This document shows positions 39,081 through 49,497 of a DNA stretch of 64,000 bases, piece after piece (within the stretch, counting starts at the first letter, position 1; every line of letters starts with the position of its first letter). Origin of the DNA: Treponema sp. (GTDB lineage: Bacteria > Spirochaetota > Spirochaetia > Treponematales > Treponemataceae); the NCBI GenBank assembly GCA_024693045.1, contig JAILLQ010000038.1, forward strand, positions 86,978 through 150,977, given 5' to 3'. A program made the position numbers and the translations under genes. The notes below the pieces were generated by a model, which worked only from the letters and a program-made list of their open reading frames with translations, was not told where the DNA came from and ran no database searches.

Positions 39081-40772
39081 CTATTCAAGAATAGCGCCCT
39101 TGTCTGCAGAAGAAACAAGTTTTGCATAGCGAGAAAGATATCCAACCTTTACTTTTGGTTCTGGAGCAACCCACTTTGCCTTACGCTTAGCAAGTTCTTC
39201 ATCACTTACATCAAGGTGAATCTTGTAGTTGTTGATATCGAGAGTAATCATATCGCCTTCTTCAACTAAAGCGATTGGACCTCCAACAGCAGCTTCTGGA
39301 GAACAGTGACCCAAAGAAGCACCACGAGTAGCACCAGAGAAACGGCCGTCTGTAATAAGAGCAACCTGCTTATCCAAGCCCTGACCTGCAAGAGCAGCAG
39401 TTACGGCAAGCATTTCACGCATACCAGGACCACCCTTTGGACCTTCGTAACGGATTACTACTACATCACCAGGTTTAATCTGAGCCTTCTGAACAGCATC
39501 CATTGCTTCTGATTCATCGTTGAATACACGGGCAGGACCTGTGTGGAGCATAAGTTCCTTGGCGCAGGCAGAGCGTTTAACAACAGTTCCATTTGGAGCA
39601 AGGTTTCCAAAGAGAATAGCAATACCGCCGTTGTCACTGAATGGATTTTCAATTGGACGGAGGATTTCTGGATTGCGGTTACGAACCCCTTTGATATTTT
39701 CTGCAATTGTTTTTCCAGTAGCAGTCATCAAGTCAGTGTGAATAAGATTCTTCTTTGCAAGTTCTGCAAGAACAGCCTGAACACCACCGGCGTCGTTCAA
39801 TTCGCACATAAAGGTGTGTCCCGCAGGAGCAAGATGACAGAGGTTTGGAGTACGGTTAGAAATTTCGTTTACTTCATGAAGGTCAAGAGAAAGACCTGCT
39901 TCGTGCATAATTGCAGGAACATGAAGCATTGTATTAGAAGAACAACCCAAGGCCATATCAGCTGCAAGAGCGTTTTCAAAGTGTTCTTTAGTCATAAGCT
40001 GACGGGCAGTAATACCTCGGCGGTACATTTCCATAACCTGCATACCAGCATGTTTTGCCAAAGCAATGCGTTCACCAGTAACAGCAGGAATAGTTCCGTT
40101 TCCAGGAAGACCGAGACCCAAAACTTCTGTAAGACAGTTCATAGAGTTTGCAGTAAACATACCAGAGCAGGCACCACAACCAGGACAAGCGCAGTGTTCC
40201 ATTTCTTTAAGCTGAGCTTCGTTGATTTTACCTACAGCAAGACCACCAACTGCTTCGAACATATCTGTTAAAGAAAGATTTTTTCCGGAATAAGGATTTG
40301 AAGGATCATTTCCTGGCAAGTGACCTGGCATCATAGGACCACCAGAACAGAATACTGTTGGCAAATTAAGGCGGGCAGCAGCCATAAGCATACCAGGAAC
40401 AATTTTGTCACAGTTAGGAATCATTACAAGAGCATCAAACTGGTGAGCCTTTGCAACACATTCTACAGAGTCAGCAATAAGTTCGCGGGTAACAAGGGAA
40501 TACTTCATTCCTTCGTGACCCATGGCAATACCGTCACAAACGCCAATAGCAGGGAATTCAATAGGTGTACCACCTGCCATGCGTACGCCAGCCTTTACAG
40601 CTTCAGAAATACGGTCAAGTTCAATGTGACCAGGAATAAGTTCGTTTTTTGCACAGATAATACCAACAAGTGGCTGATTGAGTTCTTCATCTGTATAGCC
40701 AGATGCATAAAAAAGAGAACGATGTGGAGCACGTGCTGTTCCACAACAAGCATTGTCAGATTTTTTTGCCAT
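39081..40772 (-). CDS. ilvD: Dihydroxy-acid dehydratase
   Basis: Start moved to MAKKSD (SD GAGGTG); [42 protein letters not shown] and TDGRFSG. Confidence 0.97.
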   Translation of the reverse strand: MAKKSDNACCGTARAPHRSLFYASGYTDEELNQPLVGIICAKNELIPGHIELDRISEAVKAGVRMAGGTPIEFPAIGVCDGIAMGHEGMKYSLVTRELIADSVECVAKAHQFDALVMIPNCDKIVPGMLMAAARLNLPTVFCSGGPMMPGHLPGNDPSNPYSGKNLSLTDMFEAVGGLAVGKINEAQLKEMEHCACPGCGACSGMFTANSMNCLTEVLGLGLPGNGTIPAVTGERIALAKHAGMQVMEMYRRGITARQLMTKEHFENALAADMALGCSSNTMLHVPAIMHEAGLSLDLHEVNEISNRTPNLCHLAPAGHTFMCELNDAGGVQAVLAELAKKNLIHTDLMTATGKTIAENIKGVRNRNPEILRPIENPFSDNGGIAILFGNLAPNGTVVKRSACAKELMLHTGPARVFNDESEAMDAVQKAQIKPGDVVVIRYEGPKGGPGMREMLAVTAALAGQGLDKQVALITDGRFSGATRGASLGHCSPEAAVGGPIALVEEGDMITLDINNYKIHLDVSDEELAKRKAKWVAPEPKVKVGYLSRYAKLVSSADKGAILE

Positions 40773-40924
40773 TTCTACACCTCGAAAATATAAAATTAAA
40801 CAGTTTTCTTCGTTAAAAAAACAATAAAACAAAAATGCACTTTTGTGTAGTGAAACCTTTTCATTCTATAGTTTCCGAATACGCAATATACAAATATTAT
40901 TAATGAAGTATACGCAATAATTAT

Positions 40925-43444
40925 TTAGCGAAGTTTTACATAAGTTTTGCCAAATCCACCTTCCTCTGGACTGGCAAAAGAAAAATCTTGAACAGAAGGA
41001 CAGTTTGAAAGATAATCTTGCACGCTCTGTCTTAAAATACCGTTACCGTTTCCATGTATAACGCTGAAATTCTTTAATCCGTTCAGAACACATAAATCAA
41101 TCTGTCTTTCCAAGGCTTTTATTGCTTCTTCCGAATGCATTCCCAAAAGCCTTAGTTCATATGCAGGCTTAGAGTCTTTGGAATCTCCGTTCAAGTCTAG
41201 AGTATAAGTGGGGGTTCGTTTTTTAGGTGATTCAACAAGAGTCAAATCCTTCTGCTTCATTAGCATTTTTACGGAACCAAACTGAACTTCCCACTGGGAT
41301 TTTCCCCTGGAAGCGACGATTACCCCTTCCTGTTTTGATTTACCGGCAAGGACAGAAGCTCCTGGAGCAAATTCAAGAACTTCCATGGTAACTTCTTTTT
41401 TTCCATCTTTTATAACAACATTATCGTCGGCCTGTGCCATACTGACTGCATTCTTAAGAGCGTCTTTAAGCTTTGTCTTCTTTTTTGTTGCTTTTTTACT
41501 CGTTCTAACTTTTTGCTTCTTGGAAAGTTCTTCCATTTTTCGAGCAAGTTCTTCTTCTTCCCGTAAAAGTTCTTCTTCCCTCTTTTTTACTTCGTCTGTA
41601 AGTTGGGAAATAAAGTTTTTTACTCCTAGAGTTTTTTCCCGGGTGACTTCCCCTTCTTTTATGATTCGAACAAGATTTTCAAGTTTTTTACGGCTCTCTG
41701 AAAGGAATTCCTGGCTTTCTCTTTGAATACCAGCCTTCAGCTCCAATTCCTTAGCCCTTAATTCCAGACTTCTTTCTTCATTTCTGAATGCTTTCTCTTC
41801 AACCTCGTCACTTCTTTTTTCCAGGTTCTGAGTCAGAGAATCTAATTCCGTATGCTTTTCAGTTAAGCCTTTAATTAAAGCGGAAACATCTGTTTTTTCA
41901 GAAACAATATAATCTCTTGCCTTTTGTACGATATCTCCGGGGAGACCTGATTTTTTTGCTATATCAAGTGCATGACTTTCACCAGGAACCCCCATCAATA
42001 AACGATAGGTGGGACTTAAAGTATCAGAATTGAATTCGACACTTGCATTTATACATTCTTGATGTGTATAGCCATAATTTTTTATAACTCCCTGATGAGT
42101 TGTAATCAGAACAAAGGCTTTTTTTTCAATTAATCGGTCTAAAACAGCCATTGAGATTGCAGCACCTTCCTGAGGATCAGTTCCGCTTCCCAATTCATCA
42201 AGCAGAACCAGGGAATTTTCATTTACATAACGAACAGCCTTTGCAATATTTTTCATGTGGCCGCTAAAAGTGGATAAACTCTCATCCATATTTTGTTCGT
42301 CACCTATATCTGCAAATACACCCGTAAAAAAGGGCAGTCGGGAACCTTCTGAACAAGGCAAAGGAAAACCACTTTGATTGAGCATAGCAAAGAGGGCTAT
42401 TGTTTTTAGAGTTACAGTTTTTCCACCTGTATTAGGACCTGTAATAATCAATATTCTTTTTCCTTCGATAAAGCGAACATCGATAGGAACAGCTTTTTCC
42501 CCAAGCAGAGGATGACGGGCTTGGATAAGAGTTAAAGGGAATGAAAAAGCATCTGTCTGACAATTTTCCGCAAATACGCAATTCAACCCCTTTCCCCATA
42601 CAGAAGCCGCTCTGGTTATATCAAGCCTTTCCATAATTTTTAGGGCGTCTTTTAATTCCTGGCAGTAAGGTCGAATTTTTCCAGCCAGTTCAACCAATAT
42701 TTTTCGTATCTCTGCAGAAAGTTCAAACTCAGCTTCTACAAGTTCATTTGAACACTGAACGGCTTCATCCGGTTCTATGTATACAGTCAGCCCAGACTGG
42801 CTTACCTCATGAATGATTCCTGGAATAGAAGCTCGTCGATTACTTTTTACAGCTAAAACCTGACGGCCACCTCTTAAAACAGGTACAGTAGATTCAAGAA
42901 CATCTGCATAACGGGAATTAGAGGTAAAAGCCTGCATAAGCCCTTTGATTCTGGAATTTAAATTGGCTATTTTTTCCTGAATACTTCTAATTTGAGGAAG
43001 GTCGCGTAAAAGTCCATCCGGCGTAATAATTCTAAAAATCGCAGAAGAAACAGCTCCCAAATCAGGAAGGCTTCTAACTAGGGCCGCCAGATTTTTTAGT
43101 CCTAAATCACTTTCTGCTCCTTCAACAGCTGCACGGACATTATAGACAGAATTGCAGAAGGAGCCTAAATCACGGGTTTGCTCAAGGCTTATTGAAGCTC
43201 CCTCTACGGATATTGCTTTAAAAATGTTGTAAACAGGGTTCCAGCCGGACAAAGCCGATGCACGGGTTGTGTTCAAATACTTCAGCCATTCACGACTTAG
43301 AGCTTTTCTTTCTTCTATTTCTTCTACCTGTGTAAAAGGTTCCAGGCGAGTCATTATAAAACGAGATTCTTCAGCAAGACAGCAGCAGGCAATTTCGTCC
43401 CTAATTCTATAATAATCGAGTTCGGTAAGAGTTTTTTTGTCCAT
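40925..43444 (-). CDS. mutS2: Endonuclease MutS2
   Basis: TGPNTGGKT, DIGDEQ, STFSGHM, LLDELGSGTDP, coiled coil and Smr domain (IHGNGNGILR). Confidence 0.95.
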   Translation of the reverse strand: MDKKTLTELDYYRIRDEIACCCLAEESRFIMTRLEPFTQVEEIEERKALSREWLKYLNTTRASALSGWNPVYNIFKAISVEGASISLEQTRDLGSFCNSVYNVRAAVEGAESDLGLKNLAALVRSLPDLGAVSSAIFRIITPDGLLRDLPQIRSIQEKIANLNSRIKGLMQAFTSNSRYADVLESTVPVLRGGRQVLAVKSNRRASIPGIIHEVSQSGLTVYIEPDEAVQCSNELVEAEFELSAEIRKILVELAGKIRPYCQELKDALKIMERLDITRAASVWGKGLNCVFAENCQTDAFSFPLTLIQARHPLLGEKAVPIDVRFIEGKRILIITGPNTGGKTVTLKTIALFAMLNQSGFPLPCSEGSRLPFFTGVFADIGDEQNMDESLSTFSGHMKNIAKAVRYVNENSLVLLDELGSGTDPQEGAAISMAVLDRLIEKKAFVLITTHQGVIKNYGYTHQECINASVEFNSDTLSPTYRLLMGVPGESHALDIAKKSGLPGDIVQKARDYIVSEKTDVSALIKGLTEKHTELDSLTQNLEKRSDEVEEKAFRNEERSLELRAKELELKAGIQRESQEFLSESRKKLENLVRIIKEGEVTREKTLGVKNFISQLTDEVKKREEELLREEEELARKMEELSKKQKVRTSKKATKKKTKLKDALKNAVSMAQADDNVVIKDGKKEVTMEVLEFAPGASVLAGKSKQEGVIVASRGKSQWEVQFGSVKMLMKQKDLTLVESPKKRTPTYTLDLNGDSKDSKPAYELRLLGMHSEEAIKALERQIDLCVLNGLKNFSVIHGNGNGILRQSVQDYLSNCPSVQDFSFASPEEGGFGKTYVKLR

Positions 43445-43452
43445 TTTAAATA

Positions 43453-44412
43453 CTAATCATCCCAGCTTCCAGTTTTTATCTGATCTCGGATTCTCTTCCA
43501 GCTTTCAAAACGCTTTTCCGTTATTTGGCCATTTTCAACAGCTTCTTTTATTGCACATCCCGGTTCACTTGTATGCGTACAATCCAAGCCGAATTTGCAT
43601 TTACCAACAAAGGGTTTAAATTCTCTGAAATACAAATGCAAATCATCAGCTTCTATACCGTGAAGCATAAAACGGCGGATTCCAGGGGTATCGATTATAG
43701 ATGCTCTTTCTCCCTTTATTCCACCTGTATAAGATGTGTTTAATTCAAGTCTATTCAATGTACCTTTTGTAGTAGTATGATTTCCCCGGCCATATTTTTT
43801 AGAAAGACTTCCTGTACGCAAAACACAGGATTCATCCAGTACATTTACCAAACTGGATTTACCCACTCCGGATTGTCCTACAAAAGCACTTAATTTATCC
43901 CTGATGAGTTCTACGAATTCGGAAACCCCTTCCCCTGTTTTGGCAGAAATACGCATAACTTTATAGTCTAAATCTTCCCAAATTCTGAGCTGTTCTTCTG
44001 CTTCAGGGTTATTTGTAATCAAATCGTATTTATTGCAAACGATTACTGGTTCCAGTCCAAGCATTTCGGCCTGAGCCAGTTCCCTATCTATAAATCTTGG
44101 TCTGAATGGAGGTTCATCTGGAGTTGTTACAAGAATCATGTAATCAACATTAGCTGCCAACAATTGTGGACAGCGACCTTTTACATTCCATCGTACGAAT
44201 TCATTTTTTCTTGGACAGAGAGACAGGATTTGCCCTTTCATCTCATCCATTTCATCCGGCTCAATTTCTACGACATCACCAGGGGCAAGAGGATTGTAAT
44301 ATTCCTTATCTGATTTTAAGACCTTTCCCTTAATCGAACAATTACGAGTAATTCCGTCGTCACACTCAACTTCAAAAACATTATTAGTTCCCGCAAGAAC
44401 AGTACCATTCAT
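43453..44412 (-). CDS. rsgA: Ribosome small subunit-dependent GTPase A
   Basis: AANVD, NKYDL, GQSGVGKSSL, HTTT, DTPG and C..C.H..EPGC. Confidence 0.96.
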   Translation of the reverse strand: MNGTVLAGTNNVFEVECDDGITRNCSIKGKVLKSDKEYYNPLAPGDVVEIEPDEMDEMKGQILSLCPRKNEFVRWNVKGRCPQLLAANVDYMILVTTPDEPPFRPRFIDRELAQAEMLGLEPVIVCNKYDLITNNPEAEEQLRIWEDLDYKVMRISAKTGEGVSEFVELIRDKLSAFVGQSGVGKSSLVNVLDESCVLRTGSLSKKYGRGNHTTTKGTLNRLELNTSYTGGIKGERASIIDTPGIRRFMLHGIEADDLHLYFREFKPFVGKCKFGLDCTHTSEPGCAIKEAVENGQITEKRFESWKRIRDQIKTGSWDD

Positions 44413-44420
44413 ATGTAGTA

Positions 44421-44449
44421 ATTATGAAGGGTAAACGGGTAATTTTCAA
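44421..44449 (-). promoter_or_regulatory. sigma70 promoter of rsgA-mutS2
   Basis: TTGAAA-17-CATAAT, then 8 nt to ATG. Confidence 0.6.
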
Positions 44450-44452
44450 GAA

Positions 44453-44953
44453 GTAGAGTCAAAGCTATGGGAAAAATATACTTATTTGCTCTTTAGCGGG
44501 TCCCAGCGACGTGAAAATCTTTTGTGGTGCTCCCGGTTTTACTTCTTCGGGTCCTTCGGACATTTGTTTTTCGGACCGGGGCCTCCCTAAAGCATTTTCA
44601 CTGCGTCCCGCTTTCGGTCAGTTTTATCTTTTTGCTTTTAGCTTTGTCTTTGAAAAGTGTAAGCGGAAAGGTAGAGACAAAGCTATTGGAAAAATATACT
44701 TATTTGCTCTTAAGCGGGTCCCAGCGACGTGAAAATCTTTTGTGGTGCTCCCGGTTTTACTTCTTCGGGTCCTTCGGACATTTGTTATTCGGACCGGGTC
44801 CTCCCTAAAGCATTTTCACTGCGTCCCGCTTTCGGTCAGTTTTACCTTTTTGCTTTTAGCTTTGTCTTTAAAAAGTTTAAGCGGAAAGGTAGAGACAAAG
44901 CTATGGGAAAATTATGCTTATTTGCTCTTTAGCGGGTCCCAGCGACGTGAAAA
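44453..44953. repeat. Tandem array of a GC-rich, self-complementary 218-bp unit (2 full copies plus a 65-bp third copy)
   Basis: Units start at 44453, 44671 and 44889. Copies 1 and 2 differ at 8 of 218 positions by my count. Multiple internal inverted repeats. Confidence 0.95.
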
Positions 44954-45038
44954 AAATTAATTTTTTTTAATAATATATATTTATTCAATTGTGTATTTTC
45001 ATTATTATTTCGTTTATCGTTCGAAAAAACTGGGTTCT

Positions 45039-45067
45039 CTGAAAATCGACGATAGAGTAACTATAAT
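45039..45067 (+). promoter_or_regulatory. sigma70 promoter of the ornithine decarboxylase gene and rnhA
   Basis: CTGAAA-17-TATAAT. Confidence 0.55.
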
Positions 45068-45084
45068 TTACTGGTGGTACAAAG

Positions 45085-46248
45085 GTGTACAATCGTAAAG
45101 ATTATGTAAGCGACCATGAATGGACTCGCTTTTTGGATTTTTCGAAGGACTTAGAAACTCCGAATATTGTAATCAACTTGAACACAATCAAGATGAATTT
45201 CGTCAAGCTAAAAAATTCTTTCCCTTACGCAAAGATTTTTTACGCAATCAAAGCAAACCCTGGGGAACCTGTATTAAAAATGCTAGCAGAAATGGGTTCA
45301 AGTTTTGATATCGCATCCCGCTATGAACTTGATATGATAAAAAAGTTTGTAGACGACCCTAGCCGACTTTCTTACGGCAACACAATCAAAAAGTCAAAGG
45401 ATATTAAATATTTTTATGACAATGGGGTCCGCCTTTTTGCAACAGACAGCAAGGACGATCTTAAAAATATTGCAGAATACGCACCTGGTTCAAAAGTATA
45501 TGTCCGAATTCTGGTTGAAAATTCAGACACTGCTGACTGGCCTCTGAGCCGCAAATTCGGCTGTCATCCAGATATGGCATACGACCTACTTGTTCTGGCA
45601 AAAGAACTAGGTCTTAATCCATGGGGAATCAGTTTCCATGTAGGAAGCCAGCAGAGGGATATAGGTGCCTGGAACGATGCAATTGCAAAAGCAAAGTACC
45701 TCTTTAATTCTCTGGAAGAAGAAGAAGAAATCCGCCTGCAAATGATTGATATGGGAGGAGGATTCCCAGCTTCTTATATAGAAACAACAAATGATCTTTC
45801 TGTTTACGCTTCTGAAATTACCCGCTTCCTTACAGAAGATTTTGGCGATGATTTACCAGAAATTATCTTAGAGCCTGGAAGAAGCCTGGTTGGTGACAGC
45901 GGAATTCTTACAAGTGAAGTTATTTTAGCCGCAAGAAAAAATAATACTGCCTTGACTAGATGGATTTACATAGATGCCGGAAAATTTAACGGACTTGTTG
46001 AAACTTTAGACGAATGCATAAAGTATCCTCTTATAACTACTAAAGACGGAGACAAAGAAGGAGAAGTAATAATTGCCGGTCCAACATGTGACAGCATGGA
46101 TGTAATGTATGAGACCACAAAATATCGACTCCCAATAACACTAAAACAGGGAGACAAAATTTACTGGCTTTCTACAGGAGCCTACACTTCAACTTATGCA
46201 TCCGTTGCATTTAACGGATTTCCACCAATAAAAACATATTATATGTAG
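45085..46248 (+). CDS. Fold-type III PLP-dependent ornithine/lysine decarboxylase
   Basis: GTG start; FYAIKANP, FDIAS, FHVGSQ, DMGGGFP, EPGRSLV, GPTCDSMD and GAYT. Confidence 0.92.
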   Translation: MYNRKDYVSDHEWTRFLDFSKDLETPNIVINLNTIKMNFVKLKNSFPYAKIFYAIKANPGEPVLKMLAEMGSSFDIASRYELDMIKKFVDDPSRLSYGNTIKKSKDIKYFYDNGVRLFATDSKDDLKNIAEYAPGSKVYVRILVENSDTADWPLSRKFGCHPDMAYDLLVLAKELGLNPWGISFHVGSQQRDIGAWNDAIAKAKYLFNSLEEEEEIRLQMIDMGGGFPASYIETTNDLSVYASEITRFLTEDFGDDLPEIILEPGRSLVGDSGILTSEVILAARKNNTALTRWIYIDAGKFNGLVETLDECIKYPLITTKDGDKEGEVIIAGPTCDSMDVMYETTKYRLPITLKQGDKIYWLSTGAYTSTYASVAFNGFPPIKTYYM

Positions 46249-46254
46249 GAAGGT

Positions 46255-46707
46255 TTGATGAGCGAAGTAATTATTTACACAGATGGCGGTTGTTCGGGAA
46301 ATCCCGGCCCAGGTGGTTGGGGAGTTGTTGTGATTTACCAAGGGGTTGCCAGACAGCTTTCTGGAGGAGAACACGAAACAACGAATAACAGAATGGAACT
46401 AACAGCTGCTATCAACGCTCTTTCAATTGTGATAAATACAGCTGAATTTTCAGGACTTCCTGTAACTCTTAATATAGACAGCCAGTATGTAAAAAATGGA
46501 ATTACAAACTGGATTAAAAACTGGAAAGCAAAAGGTTGGAAAACAGCTGATAAAAAACCAGTAAAAAATCAGGACTTATGGGAAAAACTGGATGCTCTGA
46601 ATTCTCAGCTTAATGTAAGCTGGAACTGGGTAAAAGGTCATGCTGGAATCGAATACAATGAAATCTGCGACCAGCTTTGCCAAAAAGAAATTACCCTGCA
46701 CAGATAA
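46255..46707 (+). CDS. rnhA: Ribonuclease HI
   Basis: IYTDGGCSGNPGPGG, TTNNRMEL, DSQYV, KNQDLW and WVKGHAG..NE.CD. Confidence 0.98.
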   Translation: MMSEVIIYTDGGCSGNPGPGGWGVVVIYQGVARQLSGGEHETTNNRMELTAAINALSIVINTAEFSGLPVTLNIDSQYVKNGITNWIKNWKAKGWKTADKKPVKNQDLWEKLDALNSQLNVSWNWVKGHAGIEYNEICDQLCQKEITLHR

Positions 46708-46757
46708 AAAACACTAGAAAAATGCATTTTTTATAAAAAATCAGCGTTATATATTAC

Positions 46758-47552
46758 ATGAGATTAAAGACTGTAATACATAGCGCTTTTTTATTATTTA
46801 TTTTACTTTCCTGCAAATCGGAAAATTTTCAAAACAATGAAATATTTCTAAAATTACCAGAATGGCCCCCGGAAAAATCCTATGGAATCAACTACCCTGC
46901 ACTTCAGGAATGGAAAATATCTATAAATTATGGTTTTGCAAGCAGCAGCTTTAACCTGCCCGCTCTTGTCCCAGGTTTTTACCTTCCTGTTTATTCTAAT
47001 GAGCCTGTCAGCATTTTGGCCTGGCCTATAACAGATGGCATCAGTTTTTTTGAAGCAAGTGGAATGATATTTCCTTATTCACAAAGTTTTGACTGGCAGG
47101 AAGGGTTTACAGCTCTTATCCTTCACAAATTCTACTTAAGTCAGAAGGAAAATAAAGAAATAGAAAAGTGGTGTCAGAAGGTAAATTGGCAGAAGATGAG
47201 TGAAAGCTTGAATGAAAAGTCAAAAAAATCTCCAATATTTTACAATCCATTTTTATTAGACCAGGAAAACATTTTGAGTGCCCTAATTAATAAAGAATTA
47301 TCAGCCTCTTTATTCAACTTAAAAAAAACTTCCTCTGTTCCAATTTCGGCCTTTCGTGAAAATAAAAACTTTGACTATCTTTCATCATATGTACCACAAA
47401 ATCTTGCAATAAAATTAAATTCATGTGTTTCTATGAAAGAAAATTGGAATTCGAATTTTCTATGTCTTTCTGAGCCAAAGGAAATAGTAACTGCATCAAT
47501 TGATAGTTCAGAAATTCTCTCACTTACATATAATCTTCTACCGATAAAATAA
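46758..47552 (+). CDS. Hypothetical lipoprotein
   Basis: Lipobox FILLSC; no recognised domain. Confidence 0.7.
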   Translation: MRLKTVIHSAFLLFILLSCKSENFQNNEIFLKLPEWPPEKSYGINYPALQEWKISINYGFASSSFNLPALVPGFYLPVYSNEPVSILAWPITDGISFFEASGMIFPYSQSFDWQEGFTALILHKFYLSQKENKEIEKWCQKVNWQKMSESLNEKSKKSPIFYNPFLLDQENILSALINKELSASLFNLKKTSSVPISAFRENKNFDYLSSYVPQNLAIKLNSCVSMKENWNSNFLCLSEPKEIVTASIDSSEILSLTYNLLPIK

Positions 47553-47554
47553 TT

Positions 47555-48715
47555 ATGATGAAAATTTTCAGATATATTTCTTTTTCTACTATAATGACAC
47601 TTTCTCTACTTTCTCTTTCCTGCAAAAAAAAGCAGATTGAAACAGTAAGTATTACAAAGGAAATTCCTTCAAATTACAGCTGGTATTATTTTTCTGAGGG
47701 TACCTTTAAAAAAACAGAAAAAGTACAACTAGCTCCAAGGGCGGTAGAAAAACCATGGACAGAAGCCGTAAGGATTTCTTCATGTGGACTTGAAGAAGGA
47801 AATAATTATGAAAATCCAAGAGGCTTTGCCTGCGTGAATCAGTACGGAATGCTGCTTTTTCAGGGAGACAAAATAAACCTTTACACAGACTCTGAAATTT
47901 TCAAGGGTAGAACAGCCGAAAACCTTGTTTTTGCAAATGGAATTCCAGTCTTTTCAGTTTATCGCTCTACTTTTTTTAATGAATCTAAAACAGAAGTTCA
48001 GCAAACCCATCCTTTTTTAGTTCAATTTAATCCCCAGCAGAAGGTTTTCTATACAATGATAAATGTAGAAAACCTGGGACTAGAAGCAAAAAGTGAAATT
48101 ACGGACTTTATTTATGACGGTCAATTCTGGACCTGTTCAATAAAATCAGATGGCCCGGAAAAAGTCGATTTTTCATACCTCACATTCCAGACAAAAGAAG
48201 ATATAACTCTGCTCACTCCTTACAATGCAGACAAAATGCTTTTTATAACAGAAAGTGATGTAGACTCCTACAGAAATACAAAAAAGCCTATAGACTTTTC
48301 AAAAGCTCCTGAGCGTTTAAAAAATCTGCTTCAGAGTCTGCCGGAAAAAATGGACTTTTCTGTATCACTACAAACAGTACAAAGCCATAGTCCAAGAACT
48401 TACACCAGAATTAAAAAAATTTCCTTGGATGGAGAAGTACTTGCGGCAAAAGCCATTATTTCAGATACTTGGATTGCATGTCTTTTCGAAGATGGTACAA
48501 TATACATAAATGGTGCTCTTTTTGAAAAAAATATAATGAATAAGGGAAAGACAATGGGAATAAAACTTCCAAGACTTCCTGCAAATTTCAAATATGGAGA
48601 TTTTGTAATTACAGGAACAAGCCTTTACGCAGCTTGGGAAGAAAGTTCTTTTTATAAAACCAAAAGAAGCGGTTTTATCAGCGTAAACCTGGAGGAAATC
48701 TTATACCAGAGATGA
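47555..48715 (+). CDS. Hypothetical lipoprotein (beta-rich)
   Basis: Lipobox LLSLSC; no recognised domain. Confidence 0.75.
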   Translation: MMKIFRYISFSTIMTLSLLSLSCKKKQIETVSITKEIPSNYSWYYFSEGTFKKTEKVQLAPRAVEKPWTEAVRISSCGLEEGNNYENPRGFACVNQYGMLLFQGDKINLYTDSEIFKGRTAENLVFANGIPVFSVYRSTFFNESKTEVQQTHPFLVQFNPQQKVFYTMINVENLGLEAKSEITDFIYDGQFWTCSIKSDGPEKVDFSYLTFQTKEDITLLTPYNADKMLFITESDVDSYRNTKKPIDFSKAPERLKNLLQSLPEKMDFSVSLQTVQSHSPRTYTRIKKISLDGEVLAAKAIISDTWIACLFEDGTIYINGALFEKNIMNKGKTMGIKLPRLPANFKYGDFVITGTSLYAAWEESSFYKTKRSGFISVNLEEILYQR

Positions 48716-49470
48716 AAAAGTTTTTTTTAATATCTTCCATAATTTTCACCCTTTCAAGTATCTGTTTTGCCCAGGAAACAGAAGCCGAAGTGGTAAATTC
48801 AGAAGCAGTAAATGAAGAAGTTGAAAATATAAGCGAAACAGACAAAAGTGAGGACGAAAATCCACTTTCAAATTGGAAAAGTTTTCCAATAGATTTTTTT
48901 ATTACCTTTGAACCAAGCCTTCTTATCAATACCGGTGATGTAGAAAACAGTGCTGTTTCTCCTATTATTTACCCTTTGAGTTTTGGAGCTGTTTTTTTCC
49001 GGGATAAGTTTATCTCTTTCCAACCAAGACTTTCTTTTTTTGCAAATTACTACATCTGGTACGACGGAAAAGCCTATCCGGCAGAAATTGAAAACAGAAC
49101 AGCCGCAGTCTTTTCTTTTATGCTCGACCTGCCAGCCGTTTACACCTTGAATTTAAAAGGAAAACATCACATGGATTTTGCATTGGGGCCAGCTTTTAAT
49201 TTCAGAATCATAACTCTTGCAAATGGAGTTGATTCCGATGATGCCGGTTATGAAGATACTGCAGATAATGATGTTTCTGAAATAAGAGATTATCTTTGGG
49301 GAGGAGGAAACTTCTTCTATCTTACAACCTATACATCCTATCTCTATTCTGTTTCCGATAGATTACAATTAGGGCCAGAATTTCGATTTTCTGCCTGCTG
49401 CGGACAACTCTTTTCTGGTAATGGCTTAGATTCTGCAATTCTATCCTTTGGAGTAAAGGCTAAATTCTAA
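48712..49470 (+). CDS. Predicted outer-membrane beta-barrel protein
   Basis: SPase I signal, acidic linker, alternating amphipathic strands and C-terminal ...SFGVKAKF. Confidence 0.65.
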   Translation: MKKFFLISSIIFTLSSICFAQETEAEVVNSEAVNEEVENISETDKSEDENPLSNWKSFPIDFFITFEPSLLINTGDVENSAVSPIIYPLSFGAVFFRDKFISFQPRLSFFANYYIWYDGKAYPAEIENRTAAVFSFMLDLPAVYTLNLKGKHHMDFALGPAFNFRIITLANGVDSDDAGYEDTADNDVSEIRDYLWGGGNFFYLTTYTSYLYSVSDRLQLGPEFRFSACCGQLFSGNGLDSAILSFGVKAKF

Positions 49471-49497
49471 AAAAAGGTCATAAAATACTAAATTTCT

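Noticed and set aside
39306-40793. Long antisense ORFs (242 aa and 157 aa) opposite ilvD
   Set aside because: Expected from strong codon bias of a highly expressed gene; no family motifs.
44453-44953. CRISPR array or integron attC interpretation of the array
   Set aside because: The 'spacers' are 153 bp and nearly identical to each other, no cas or intI gene is present, and I saw no RYYYAAC/GTTRRRY boundaries.
44511-44960. Four short ORFs (67-94 aa) in the repeat array
   Set aside because: They are near-identical pairs produced by the 218-bp period, with no SD and no recognisable domain, and they overlap in two frames. Probably not coding.
47540-47547. ACCGATAA 7 nt before ATG 47555
   Set aside because: It lies within the last codons of the upstream gene and has no -35; insufficient support as a sigma28 promoter.
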